Positions 1-8,666 of a stretch of 50,000 bases of DNA are shown here, piece by piece. The DNA is from Deltaproteobacteria bacterium. GTDB taxonomy: Bacteria > Myxococcota_A > UBA796 > GCA-2862545. The position numbers and the translations under genes are program-made. Position 1 is the first letter of the stretch. Every line of letters begins with the position of its first letter. A model generated the notes under the pieces. The model saw nothing but the letters and a program-made list of their open reading frames with translations. It did not search any database and was not told the origin of the DNA. The stretch is taken from the NCBI GenBank assembly GCA_038123735.1, contig JAYPAP010000010.1, forward strand, positions 1 to 50,000, in the 5' to 3' direction.

Positions 1-40
1 GGCGGTTGAGTCATCTGACTCCCGCCAGGGCGATTTTTTT
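1..40. terminator. GC-rich hairpin plus T7 run at the window edge (possible intrinsic or bidirectional terminator)
   Basis: GGCGG-TT-GAGTC-ATCT-GACTC-CCGCC at pos 1-26 forms a 10 bp stem with a TT bulge. TTTTTTT follows at 34-40, 7 nt after the stem rather than adjacent to it. It lies just downstream of the minus-strand CDS ending at 56. The upstream context is outside the window. Confidence 0.3.
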
Positions 41-55
41 ATGCCGATGAGGCGA

Positions 56-421
56 TCACACACGCCGTAGAAGGACATTTGAGGTGGCTTCTCGGGTACC
101 GATCGTACCTCTGTGATCCAATAGTTCGATTTGGTCGTCTGTGGCGAGTCTGCGAATCGCGTCCATCCATGTATTGAATGGGAAGGAAGATGCTTGTGCC
201 GCAACCAACTCTCGCAACGAGACCTTCGTCCCCCTTGGCGCCTGACGGAGGCATTCAAGCACCACTTTTTCGCAATGTACGACGTCTCGATTGCTCCGGT
301 CGGTTCGGCAGCGCTTAGAGCAGTACTTCACTTCATTCCACGAAGACTCCCATTTCTTCCGCCATTCAATGGGGCGACCGCAGCGAGCACATGGCTTTTC
401 CGGTTTTGGAATCTTCGGCAT
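56..421 (-). CDS. DUF2256-type zinc-ribbon protein with a C-terminal extension
   Basis: MPKIPKPEKPCARCGRPIEWRKKWESSWNEVKYCSKRCR matches the DUF2256 signature (CxxCGRP..WRKKW...VKYCSxRCR). The ATG at 421 is preferred over the TTG at 457 used by the track. The C-terminal ~80 aa may be DUF3253-like (unverified). Confidence 0.8.
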   Translation of the reverse strand: MPKIPKPEKPCARCGRPIEWRKKWESSWNEVKYCSKRCRTDRSNRDVVHCEKVVLECLRQAPRGTKVSLRELVAAQASSFPFNTWMDAIRRLATDDQIELLDHRGTIGTREATSNVLLRRV

Positions 422-490
422 GTCGCACTGTAGTCGATGGTTTGGAGTACACTGCAAAGCTGATCCACGGCTTTGTATGCCTTGCGACAG

Positions 491-1120
491 TCACTCCGCG
501 GAAGCCGCAATTTCAAGTGCAAGGTGCTCCCACAGCGCTTCGGCCGTTTCAGCGCCAAGCGTCTTCGATATGTCATTCCGGCTTGCCTCGCGGGTGTTCA
601 AGAATTCTCGTCGAGCCTCCCAACGAGTGAGTTCACCAGCTTGAACCTGAGCTCGTAGCGCTGCCATTTCATCATCTTGCTTCGCCAAAATCTCCTGCAC
701 GGTCTGGAGCGTAGACTCGCTGCTTCCCTCACCTTCCAGAAATGCGAGGATTTCCTCCTTCACGAACTCGGAGCGCTCCGCTCTGCGCTTCCGCCACTGT
801 TCCCCAATTTGTTCCCGCGCACGTTCAATAATGTCCGGCGGCAAGGGCAAGTTGGGGTCGTCCACCCACGCCAATGGTCGTTCATCAGCGGTAGATGGTA
901 TCGAGCCGATCGCTCGACCATCCGGCGAAGGGGCACGATTTGGCTGAGCAGCCGTATGATGTGCAGGACGTTTCTGACTTGTCTGCGCCTGCGTGGGTGA
1001 GTGTTTGCTCTGTTGGGCTGCGGGAGAAGAGGTCTCGGAGGGGGAGTCAACCATGATGATCAGCGCCAATACGCCGGTTGATAATGCAAAAATGAACGTA
1101 CAGGCCCGCCATATCATCAT
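491..1120 (-). CDS. hypothetical membrane-anchored protein (N-terminal TM, Pro/Ser-rich linker, helical charged C-terminus)
   Basis: The N-terminus MMIWRACTFIFALSTGVLALIIMV is hydrophobic. Its ATG overlaps the upstream stop (ATGA at 1117-1120). No recognisable family. Confidence 0.6.
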   Translation of the reverse strand: MMIWRACTFIFALSTGVLALIIMVDSPSETSSPAAQQSKHSPTQAQTSQKRPAHHTAAQPNRAPSPDGRAIGSIPSTADERPLAWVDDPNLPLPPDIIERAREQIGEQWRKRRAERSEFVKEEILAFLEGEGSSESTLQTVQEILAKQDDEMAALRAQVQAGELTRWEARREFLNTREASRNDISKTLGAETAEALWEHLALEIAASAE

Positions 1121-1836
1121 GCACTCCCACCATGGTGACGCTCACATCTTACCGCTGGCTGGGCGCTCGTGGCTGGAATCCATGACTGTGGTGACCACCT
1201 GATGAGTTCGGAGTAGTTGTGGCCTCCGACCTCTAGACCGAGCCACTCTGTGTTCGAGCGAGTTCTGGGGCTCGTGATCGGGCGGTGGCTGATGCAAATC
1301 TCGAACAGGACGGCGTGCATTTTGAGCAATTTTATGGTGCACTCTGGGCGGTCGCTGAGCTCATGCCGTTCGATACGAAGGTCATCCCATGCTGGGACCT
1401 GTCTTTCCTCGAAGTGTTCACAATGGGACGAAAACAGGTTCAAGGAGCGAGTGTACGGCGACGTGTTGGACGAACAATAGACCCGGAACCGTAGCAAGTG
1501 CCGCTCGGAGGGGATGAGCAACGCGAGTGACGCGTGCAGGTGACATGCCACGTTCCAAACCATGGCAGCCACGGGGGCGATCGCAGTGCACTTGGGTGAG
1601 CTCTTTACGTGTCGAAAGTGGTCCACCCGCCCAGCTACGCCGATGCTTTGACTGGAAAGAACTGGCATCAGGGGGACAGTGCATCCCAGACAGCCCAATG
1701 TTGGACGGTCATAGCAACCCCGGAGATGGGAAAATCGACCGATGTGCACTGGCTGGCCAGCCTCGACCGCCCATTCGAGCCGAATGCGGCCCTCGGGCCC
1801 ATGGCGAGGAGTTGGTGTTGTCCTGCGAACCGACAT
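1117..1836 (-). CDS. CoiA-like (competence protein CoiA family) putative nuclease
   Basis: The N-terminal pattern ...LGCLGCTVPLMPV....GRVDHFRHVKSSPKC resembles the CoiA CxxC...HFxH...C region. A later RPECTIKLL..AVLFEICISH resembles the RPD...EIQxS PD-(D/E)xK-like core. ATG start at 1836. Assigned by motif resemblance only. Confidence 0.5.
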   Translation of the reverse strand: MSVRRTTPTPRHGPEGRIRLEWAVEAGQPVHIGRFSHLRGCYDRPTLGCLGCTVPLMPVLSSQSIGVAGRVDHFRHVKSSPKCTAIAPVAAMVWNVACHLHASLALLIPSERHLLRFRVYCSSNTSPYTRSLNLFSSHCEHFEERQVPAWDDLRIERHELSDRPECTIKLLKMHAVLFEICISHRPITSPRTRSNTEWLGLEVGGHNYSELIRWSPQSWIPATSAQPAVRCERHHGGSA

Positions 1837-1883
1837 GCGGCGAGTGTACCCGCTACATCAGTCAGATTTAGACCGGGTATCCC

Positions 1884-2699
1884 CTAGATGAAGAAGTCCT
1901 GCATGAGGGGGTTGCCCGGCGCAAATGCGTAGTGTTCGAAGTCCTCAACGCCCTTCTCGCGAAGAAGATCCTCGTCAATAAAGAAGTTTCCAGTGCAGGT
2001 TTGGTGGTCTTGGGTGAGGATGTGCCAAGCGGCGTCGGCCACGATTTGCGGCGTCCGGGACGCTTTCATCAGGGCCTCTCCTCCCAAGAGGTTGTTCACG
2101 GCCGCAGTCGCGATCGATGTCCGTGGCCACAAGGCATTCACGCCGATCTTGCCCTTGAACTCACCGGCCATGCCCAGGACACACATCGACATTCCAAACT
2201 TGGCCATGGTGTAGCCGACATGTCCTTCAAACCAGCGTGTCTCCATATTGAGTGGAGGTGAAAGGTTGAGAATATGTGGGTTGTCCGCCTTTAATAGATG
2301 CGGCGCCGCCAGCTTAGAGCATAGGAAGGTCCCGCGCGCATTCACCTGATGCATCAGGTCGAATCGCTTCATAGGCAGGGTGACGGTGTTTGAGAGATTG
2401 ATGGCGGATGCATTGTTGATGAGAATGTCGATGCCGCCGAACTCGCTGACGGCACTATCGATGGCAGCCTGTACGACCTCCTCGTGCCGAATGTCGCACA
2501 CGACGGGGAGCGCATTGCCTCCAGCCTCCTTGATCTCTTCCGCGGCGGAGAAGATCGTGCCTGGCAACTTTGGATGAGGTGCGGCAGTCTTTGCGGCAAT
2601 CACGATGTTGGCGCCATCTTGAGCGGCTCGAAGTGCGATGGCCTTTCCAATGCCGCGGCTAGCACCGGTAATGAAGAGTGTTTTTCCCTTAAGACTCAT
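1884..2699 (-). CDS. SDR family oxidoreductase (HSDL2-like short-chain dehydrogenase)
   Basis: MSLKGKTLFITGASRGIGKAIA carries the TGxxxGIG Rossmann motif, and NNAS and YTMAKFG (YxxxK) are present. Internal ATG at 2699 is preceded by GGAGGA 9 nt upstream, so the track start at 2774 is likely over-extended. Confidence 0.9.
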   Translation of the reverse strand: MSLKGKTLFITGASRGIGKAIALRAAQDGANIVIAAKTAAPHPKLPGTIFSAAEEIKEAGGNALPVVCDIRHEEVVQAAIDSAVSEFGGIDILINNASAINLSNTVTLPMKRFDLMHQVNARGTFLCSKLAAPHLLKADNPHILNLSPPLNMETRWFEGHVGYTMAKFGMSMCVLGMAGEFKGKIGVNALWPRTSIATAAVNNLLGGEALMKASRTPQIVADAAWHILTQDHQTCTGNFFIDEDLLREKGVEDFEHYAFAPGNPLMQDFFI

Positions 2700-2783
2700 G
2701 GCGCGCATCCTCCGGTGATTGAGTTTCCCGTCCAGGGAATCAAACCCGGCGACGGGTAGAGCGCCACTCCGCAATGACTTCGA

Positions 2784-2803
2784 AACTCACAATTACGTGA
2801 GTT
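2784..2803. promoter_or_regulatory. inverted repeat AACTCAC-N6-GTGAGTT in a divergent promoter region (candidate operator)
   Basis: Perfect 7-bp arms are read directly from the sequence. It lies in the 165-bp gap between the divergently transcribed SDR gene and the ABC efflux operon. No cognate regulator is identified. Confidence 0.3.
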
Positions 2804-2863
2804 CGACATCTCGTGATGAAGTTGGCGAGGCGCGAAACCAGGGTGAGCGCTAGACCAGGGGCG

Positions 2864-3562
2864 ATGTCTACGGCTGTTATCAACGTCAATGAACTCTGGA
2901 AGTCTTATCCGATGGGTAAGACCCGGCGTCCCGTGCTCAAAGGGATCGCCTTGCGCATCGATGCTGGCGAATATGTCAGTATCGTCGGCAGCTCTGGGTC
3001 TGGTAAGTCGACACTCCTCAATGTACTGGGGTTGCTCGACCAGTTCGACAGTGGCTCTTTTTCCCTCAGTGGACACGACGTGCATGGACTGAGTGACCGC
3101 CAAGCAGCTCATCTACGCAATCAGTACATCGGATTTGTATTCCAGTCCTTCCACTTGATCGGGCACAAGTCTGCTTTGGAGAACGTGCAGCTTCCTCTCC
3201 AGTATAGGCGAATGAAGAATCGAGAGCGCAGAGATCGGGCGGTACAGGTACTTGAGAGGGTTGGGCTGGCTGACCGCATGCACCACCTGCCGAGCGAGCT
3301 GTCCGGTGGTCAGAAACAACGGGTAGCGATTGCTCGGGCGCTCGTAACGGAACCCTCATTACTCTTGGCCGATGAGCCTACGGGTGCACTGGATTCGGTG
3401 ACGTCGTCCGCCATCATGGACCTCATGGAGGCCCTGGTGGATGAGGGGCGCACGCTGGTCGTAGTGACTCATGAGTTGGAGATCGCCGCGCGGACCCATC
3501 GCGTCATTACGCTGAAGGATGGCGTGGTGGAGCGTGATGATAGGTCGCGGAGCTTGCCTTGA
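2864..3562 (+). CDS. ABC transporter ATP-binding protein (MacB/LolD-like)
   Basis: Walker A GSSGSGKST, signature LSGGQKQR and Walker B LLLADEPT are present. The start at ATG 2864 (MSTAVINVNELWKSY) fits the family N-terminus. The stop overlaps the next gene's start (TTGA). Confidence 0.95.
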   Translation: MSTAVINVNELWKSYPMGKTRRPVLKGIALRIDAGEYVSIVGSSGSGKSTLLNVLGLLDQFDSGSFSLSGHDVHGLSDRQAAHLRNQYIGFVFQSFHLIGHKSALENVQLPLQYRRMKNRERRDRAVQVLERVGLADRMHHLPSELSGGQKQRVAIARALVTEPSLLLADEPTGALDSVTSSAIMDLMEALVDEGRTLVVVTHELEIAARTHRVITLKDGVVERDDRSRSLP

Positions 3563-4785
3563 ATCGGCTGACGGAAATCCTCCAGGTCTTCGCGCGAAAT
3601 CGCCTGCGAACGGCGCTCACAGCGCTTGCCGTTTCATGGGGCATCCTGATGTTGGTCGTGCTGATGGGTGCGGGGAAAGGCCTGGAAAACGCCGTGCACT
3701 GGCAGTTCCGGGACGATGCTACGAACTCGATCTGGGTTCGCCGAGGCCGAACGAGTCTTCCGTATCGAGGGCTCCGACCCGGTCGCGCGTTACGGTTTAC
3801 GAACGCCGATCATGAGCGAATCGCCGGTATAGATGGCGTCGAGCATATTACAAGCCGGTACTACCTTTGGGGCGGTTTCACCATTCGCTACGGGGACCGG
3901 CATGGCAGCTTTGATGTGCGCGCATGTCACCCTGGGCATCGTTACCTTGAAAAGACTAGTATTTTGTCCGGTCGGTTCTTGAACGATGCTGATGTTTCTG
4001 AGCGACGGAAGGTGACGGTCATCGGAAAAGACGTCGCTAAGCACCTATTTCGGGGGGCAGACCCGATTGGCGAGTGGGTATTTATCAAGGGTATCGCGTA
4101 CCGAGTGATCGGCGTATTCGACGATGTGGGCGGGCTGAACGAACTCCGAAAGGTGTATATCCCGATATCCACCGCGCAAGCTGCGTATGGAGGCGGGGAT
4201 CAGGTTCACGCCATCATGTTCACGGTAGGAGACCTGACCCTGGAGCAGACTCGGGTCATCGAAGCGGAAATTCGTGAAGAGTTTTCCCGAGTACATCAGT
4301 TTGATCCAAATGATCAGCGTGCCATTCGGATCCAGAATCGTCTGGAGCAAGTGGAGCGAGTCACGCAGACGTTCGGCGTGATTCGACTATTTTTATGGCT
4401 TGTTGGCTTGGGTACGATCGCGGCCGGAATCGTCGGAGTCGGAAATATTATGCTCGTTTCGGTTGCGGAGCGAACGAGTGAAATTGGACTCCGTAAGGCT
4501 ATCGGGGCGTCATCCCTCCGAATCATCGTCGAGATTGTCCAGGAAGCCATGCTGTTGACCCTATTGTCCGGGTATGCCGGGCTGGTGGCCGGGGTTGCGC
4601 TCGTAGAGTTGGTCGCGGCGTATGCCCCATCGAATGAAGTCATTCGCGACCCGGATGCCGACCTCTCGATCGCGGTGGTGGCAGTCGTTGTCTTGGTCTT
4701 GGCTGGCCTCATATCCGGCTTAATACCTGCAATGCGCGCTGCTGCCATCGCCCCATCCCACGCTCTTCGTGGAGGGGCGGAATGA
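3559..4785 (+). CDS. ABC transporter permease, MacB/FtsX family (1 of 2)
   Basis: It has an N-terminal TM (LRTALTALAVSWGILMLVVLMG), a large periplasmic domain, and a C-terminal FtsX-type 3-TM bundle with ERTSEIGLRKAIGAS. TTG start is coupled to the upstream stop. Confidence 0.9.
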   Translation: MNRLTEILQVFARNRLRTALTALAVSWGILMLVVLMGAGKGLENAVHWQFRDDATNSIWVRRGRTSLPYRGLRPGRALRFTNADHERIAGIDGVEHITSRYYLWGGFTIRYGDRHGSFDVRACHPGHRYLEKTSILSGRFLNDADVSERRKVTVIGKDVAKHLFRGADPIGEWVFIKGIAYRVIGVFDDVGGLNELRKVYIPISTAQAAYGGGDQVHAIMFTVGDLTLEQTRVIEAEIREEFSRVHQFDPNDQRAIRIQNRLEQVERVTQTFGVIRLFLWLVGLGTIAAGIVGVGNIMLVSVAERTSEIGLRKAIGASSLRIIVEIVQEAMLLTLLSGYAGLVAGVALVELVAAYAPSNEVIRDPDADLSIAVVAVVVLVLAGLISGLIPAMRAAAIAPSHALRGGAE

Positions 4786-6020
4786 CGGCCCTCGCGGAAG
4801 TACTCGCTTTGGCCGCTCGGAGACCCCTGCGGACGTCTCTGACGGCTTTTGGGGTGTCCTGGGGCCTATTTATGCTCGTGTTCATGATGGGCTTTGGCGC
4901 CGGTCTGGAAGGCGTCGCGACGACGAATTTTGCCCGTCGGGCGGCGAATAGTGTGTTCATCTGGGGTGGGCGCACGTCGATGCCATTTCAAGGTGCCAGA
5001 CCGGGGCGTCGCATTGGTCTGAGAGATGGAGATGTGCCGGATCTTGCCACGTTAACGGGGGTGGATGCAGTGGCTCCCCGGTCACAATTGGGGGGCTGGC
5101 GTTCCGGAAATCTGGTGGTTTCGGGCAACAAATCAGGCGCCTACAACGTGATGGGCGATGTACCCGTGATGTTTGATGTCTCGTCGGTCGCGCTCACCAG
5201 CGGCCGATTGTTGAATCATCTCGATGTGGTCGAACAGCGAAAAGTGGCGGTAATTGGTCAGCAAGTAGCTGCTGAGTTGTTTACGGATCGTGAGCCCATC
5301 GGAGCCGCGGTTCGGATCAAAGGTGTGTATTTCACCGTCGTAGGTGTGGTTCGGTCGACGCGCGCCGATGACCGTGGTGACCGAGACAATAGCAGTATTC
5401 ACGTCCCATTGAGCACCTTTCAACGTGCATATAATCAGGGCGACCGCCTCGGATGGATCGCCTTGAAGGTGGCGCCTGGGGCATCCTCGGTCGATGTCGA
5501 ACAAGATGCGTTGGCACTATTGAGGGAGCGAAATGGGGTTCATCCCGAGGACCTCACCGCGTTTGGTTCATATAATGCCCAAGAAGAAGCGGACGTGATC
5601 AGCAATATGTTCGCTGGTATCCGCTTTTTTATCTGGCTGGTTGGTGCAGCGACGCTTGCATCGGGTGTGGTCGGCGTCAGCAACATCATGATGGTCGTGG
5701 TTCGCGAACGGACAGCTGAGCTCGGGCTTCGACGGGCTATCGGCGCGACTCGCTCATCGCTGGTGTTGATGATTTTGCTGGAGTCAACCGCGGTTACGGT
5801 TGTCGCTGGCATGCTCGGTGTGACGCTGGGCGTAGCGGTGGTGCTCGGGGCTGCCTTCGTGTTTGGCCCCAATCATGAGTGGGTGGGTACGCCAGAGGTG
5901 GATCTGGCGGTGGTCCTGTGGGCATCGGTGGTGCTCTTCATAGCGGGAGCGTTGTCGGGAGTTCTTCCTGCCGTTCGGGCGGTTCGTATCCAGCCTGTTG
6001 AAGCGCTGAGGACCGAATGA
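4782..6020 (+). CDS. ABC transporter permease, MacB/FtsX family (2 of 2)
   Basis: Same architecture as the preceding permease (ERTAELGLRRAIGAT). ATGA overlap with the preceding gene. Confidence 0.9.
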   Translation: MTALAEVLALAARRPLRTSLTAFGVSWGLFMLVFMMGFGAGLEGVATTNFARRAANSVFIWGGRTSMPFQGARPGRRIGLRDGDVPDLATLTGVDAVAPRSQLGGWRSGNLVVSGNKSGAYNVMGDVPVMFDVSSVALTSGRLLNHLDVVEQRKVAVIGQQVAAELFTDREPIGAAVRIKGVYFTVVGVVRSTRADDRGDRDNSSIHVPLSTFQRAYNQGDRLGWIALKVAPGASSVDVEQDALALLRERNGVHPEDLTAFGSYNAQEEADVISNMFAGIRFFIWLVGAATLASGVVGVSNIMMVVVRERTAELGLRRAIGATRSSLVLMILLESTAVTVVAGMLGVTLGVAVVLGAAFVFGPNHEWVGTPEVDLAVVLWASVVLFIAGALSGVLPAVRAVRIQPVEALRTE

Positions 6021-6045
6021 TGTATGCATATCGAGAGGTGAAACC

Positions 6046-7164
6046 ATGAGGCGGATTGGCGTCTTCGCGGTAGTTCTGATGGTCCTGGTTGGATTCATAG
6101 GCACCGTACTATTTCTGTATTTTGAAGCCGTGGAACCTGAAGTGGTCTATACGACGGCGACGGCGAAGAGAATGGAGATTGTGAAAAAGACGGTCGCTAC
6201 TGGGTCGCTGGTGCCTCGCAATGAGGTTGAACTCAAATCAAGGGTCTCGGGGATTCTGGATTCTCTAAGCGTAGAGCCTGGTGACCGCGTGGAAGCGGGC
6301 GATTTGATCGCTCGGGTCCGTGTGGTTCCGCAGCCACAGGCCTTGGAACGAGCAACATCTGCCCTCAAAACTGCGAAATTGAACCTGCGCGAGGCCATCG
6401 CGCTCTTGGAGGAAGACGAGTCCCTGTACGAGTCGCAGGCGCTTCCCCTATCGGACCTTGAACGCCGCCGAGTGGAGGTTGCTCGCAGGGAAGAGCAAGT
6501 GGAGGCTGCGCGCAGAGAGTTGACGCTCATCCGCGAAGGAGCGCTACGCAATGCGGAAGCAGTCGCCACAGATGTGCGGTCGACGGTGAGTGGAATGGTC
6601 TTGGATGTTCCAGTTCGCGTGGGCGTCTCGATCACGGAGACCAATACCTTCAATGCTGGAACGACGATCGCGATGGTCGCAGACATGTCGGACATGGTCT
6701 TCGAGGGATTTGTCGATGAGTCTGAGGTGGGCAAAGTGGCAGAAGGGATGCCACTACGGATCATGGTCGGCGCGATGAACAACGCGGTTTTAGACGGGGA
6801 ACTTGAGCATATTGCCCCTAAGGGTCAAGTCGTCGATGGTGCGGTGCAGTTTGCGATTCGGGCCAAGTTATCCGGCGCGCTTGGAGACCGCTTCGTCCGA
6901 GCCGGCTCCTCCGCCAATGCGGACATCGTGCTCGACAAGCGCGCCGATGTACTGTCGATTCCAGAGGCGCTCTTGCACTTTGAGGGGGGCAAACCCCACG
7001 TCTACGTAGAGGTGGGTGAGCAGCAATTCGAGCTCCGGCCCGTCACCCTCGGACTCTCAGACGGACTGAATGTGGAGGTCGTAGAGGGAGTGACGGCGGC
7101 TGAGCAGCTTCGGGGTCGCGTTGCATCCGCAGACGCGTCGAAAAAGCCCAAGCGCGGGCGATGA
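6046..7164 (+). CDS. efflux transporter periplasmic adaptor subunit (HlyD/MacA-type membrane fusion protein)
   Basis: It has an N-terminal TM, a lipoyl-like motif (GDRVEAGDLIARV), a long coiled-coil segment, and a beta-barrel C-terminus. RBS GAGAGGTG lies upstream of ATG 6046. Confidence 0.9.
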   Translation: MRRIGVFAVVLMVLVGFIGTVLFLYFEAVEPEVVYTTATAKRMEIVKKTVATGSLVPRNEVELKSRVSGILDSLSVEPGDRVEAGDLIARVRVVPQPQALERATSALKTAKLNLREAIALLEEDESLYESQALPLSDLERRRVEVARREEQVEAARRELTLIREGALRNAEAVATDVRSTVSGMVLDVPVRVGVSITETNTFNAGTTIAMVADMSDMVFEGFVDESEVGKVAEGMPLRIMVGAMNNAVLDGELEHIAPKGQVVDGAVQFAIRAKLSGALGDRFVRAGSSANADIVLDKRADVLSIPEALLHFEGGKPHVYVEVGEQQFELRPVTLGLSDGLNVEVVEGVTAAEQLRGRVASADASKKPKRGR

Positions 7165-7247
7165 TACGGAACCGTGACGTATTGAGATCGCCATAGTCAG
7201 CCATCGTCCCGTCGTGTAGTTTTGAGATGGGGGAAGGAGACGATGGT

Positions 7248-7817
7248 ATGCATGACTCGCTATTGTTGAACGCCGATTTCTCTCCATTGGGTGTTGTCAG
7301 TTGGCAACGCGCAGTGTGCCTCGTGTTGGATGAAAAAGTGAGGGTAGTCGAGCCCTACGAGGGAAAATCCATCCGGGCGCCTTCCTTTGATATGGCTTGG
7401 CCTGCAGTCATTCACCTTGTTCGGTACGTATCCGTGACCCTCACTCCGCCATTAAGCAGGGTTAACGTATTGGCTCGCGACCGGTTTACCTGTCAGTACT
7501 GTGGGGAGCGACCGCAGGCGCATGGCCGTCCTGACCTCGCGCGGCTCACCCTGGACCATGTGGTGCCTAAGGCGGCGTCCGACCGTGGAATGGTGACCGT
7601 TCCCTGGTCCTCTCGGCCGGTACCGGTGACATCTTGGGAGAATTTGGTCTCGGCATGTGCGCCTTGTAATCACAAAAAGGGCCATCGCTCACTGGAACAA
7701 GTCGGGTTCCGTCTGCAGTCGCCGCCCCGGAGGCCTCGTCCCCACGAGGCGATTCGCGTCGCCCTGGCCCGGATCCGCGTCCCAGCCGAGTGGACGGACT
7801 ACCTTCCGCAGATGTAG
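7248..7817 (+). CDS. HNH endonuclease (McrA-like)
   Basis: CQYCG...LTLDHVVPKA...NLVSACAPCNHKKG is an HNH/ββα-Me motif with two CxxC pairs. ATG 7248 has GGAGA 8 nt upstream and gives the family-typical N-terminus MHDSLLLNADFSPLG. Confidence 0.85.
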   Translation: MHDSLLLNADFSPLGVVSWQRAVCLVLDEKVRVVEPYEGKSIRAPSFDMAWPAVIHLVRYVSVTLTPPLSRVNVLARDRFTCQYCGERPQAHGRPDLARLTLDHVVPKAASDRGMVTVPWSSRPVPVTSWENLVSACAPCNHKKGHRSLEQVGFRLQSPPRRPRPHEAIRVALARIRVPAEWTDYLPQM

Positions 7818-7865
7818 TGGGGTGGGCCGAGCCCTACCTCGGCCTACGTCTGGAGATTGGAAGCG

Positions 7866-8660
7866 ATGGTTACCGTGGTTGTCGATGTCGAAGCGACCTG
7901 TTGGTCGGACGAGCATGCGGAACTGCGCAAGCAGCAGCGAGAGATCTCGGAGATCATTGAGATTGGCGCGGTCCGGCTGGTCGGTCCAGAACTGGAGCTT
8001 GCTGGAGAGTATCAAGCCTTCGTTCGACCGATTAGATACCCGGAACTCTCTGAGTTTTGCCGCACGCTGACCACGATCCAGCAAAGCGATGTTGTAGATG
8101 CCGAGGCATTTCCGAGCGCCTATCGGGAGTTCGTGACCTGGATCAATGCCCCGATGTCCGACGTAACGATGATTTCGTGGAGCACCTATGACCAAGCGCT
8201 CTTCGCACGTCAATGTGCTGAGGAGGGGCTCTTGAATGAGCCACGCTGGACGCATGTCGATCTCAAAGCAGAGTTTGGTCGATGGATGTTTGCCAAAGAC
8301 AACATACGCCGACGGTTTAAGCTCAGCGAAGCGTTGACCCGTACCGGTATCTCGAGTGGAGGTACACCACACCGTGCCTTGGATGATGCGAGAAATACCG
8401 CCGAGCTGTTGCGTTATATCCGAGGGCCGGAACAGCTTTCAGAGCGGTCAAGAGTGGTGTTGCGACGCATCGTGGAGCGCGCTCCGGAGCCCACGCACCT
8501 GGGGCATTGCCGGGATGTCGTGGACGATGTGAAGCAATGGTTTCCGCGCGTCAAACATGAGCTGCTGCGGACGGGCCTTATTTCGGACTGCGGTGGCGGT
8601 AGAGGCTTTCTCCCCACCAACTACGCAACGCGCGTGTTCCCGCGTGTATTTCCGGAGTGA
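7866..8660 (+). CDS. DEDDh 3'-5' exonuclease (ERI-1/KapD-like) with ~70 aa C-terminal extension
   Basis: Exo I is VVVDVEATCW, the EIIEIGAV motif is present, and Exo III is HRALDDARNTAEL. ATG 7866 has GGAG upstream. Confidence 0.85.
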   Translation: MVTVVVDVEATCWSDEHAELRKQQREISEIIEIGAVRLVGPELELAGEYQAFVRPIRYPELSEFCRTLTTIQQSDVVDAEAFPSAYREFVTWINAPMSDVTMISWSTYDQALFARQCAEEGLLNEPRWTHVDLKAEFGRWMFAKDNIRRRFKLSEALTRTGISSGGTPHRALDDARNTAELLRYIRGPEQLSERSRVVLRRIVERAPEPTHLGHCRDVVDDVKQWFPRVKHELLRTGLISDCGGGRGFLPTNYATRVFPRVFPE

Positions 8661-8666
8661 GCGGAG

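Noticed and set aside
6147-6782. 211-aa minus-strand ORF
   Set aside because: It is antisense to the HlyD-type adaptor gene. The composition is Ser/Thr/Arg-rich with no motifs.
7689-8372. 227-aa minus-strand ORF
   Set aside because: It is antisense to the HNH 3' end and to the DEDDh exonuclease, both of which have clear catalytic motifs.
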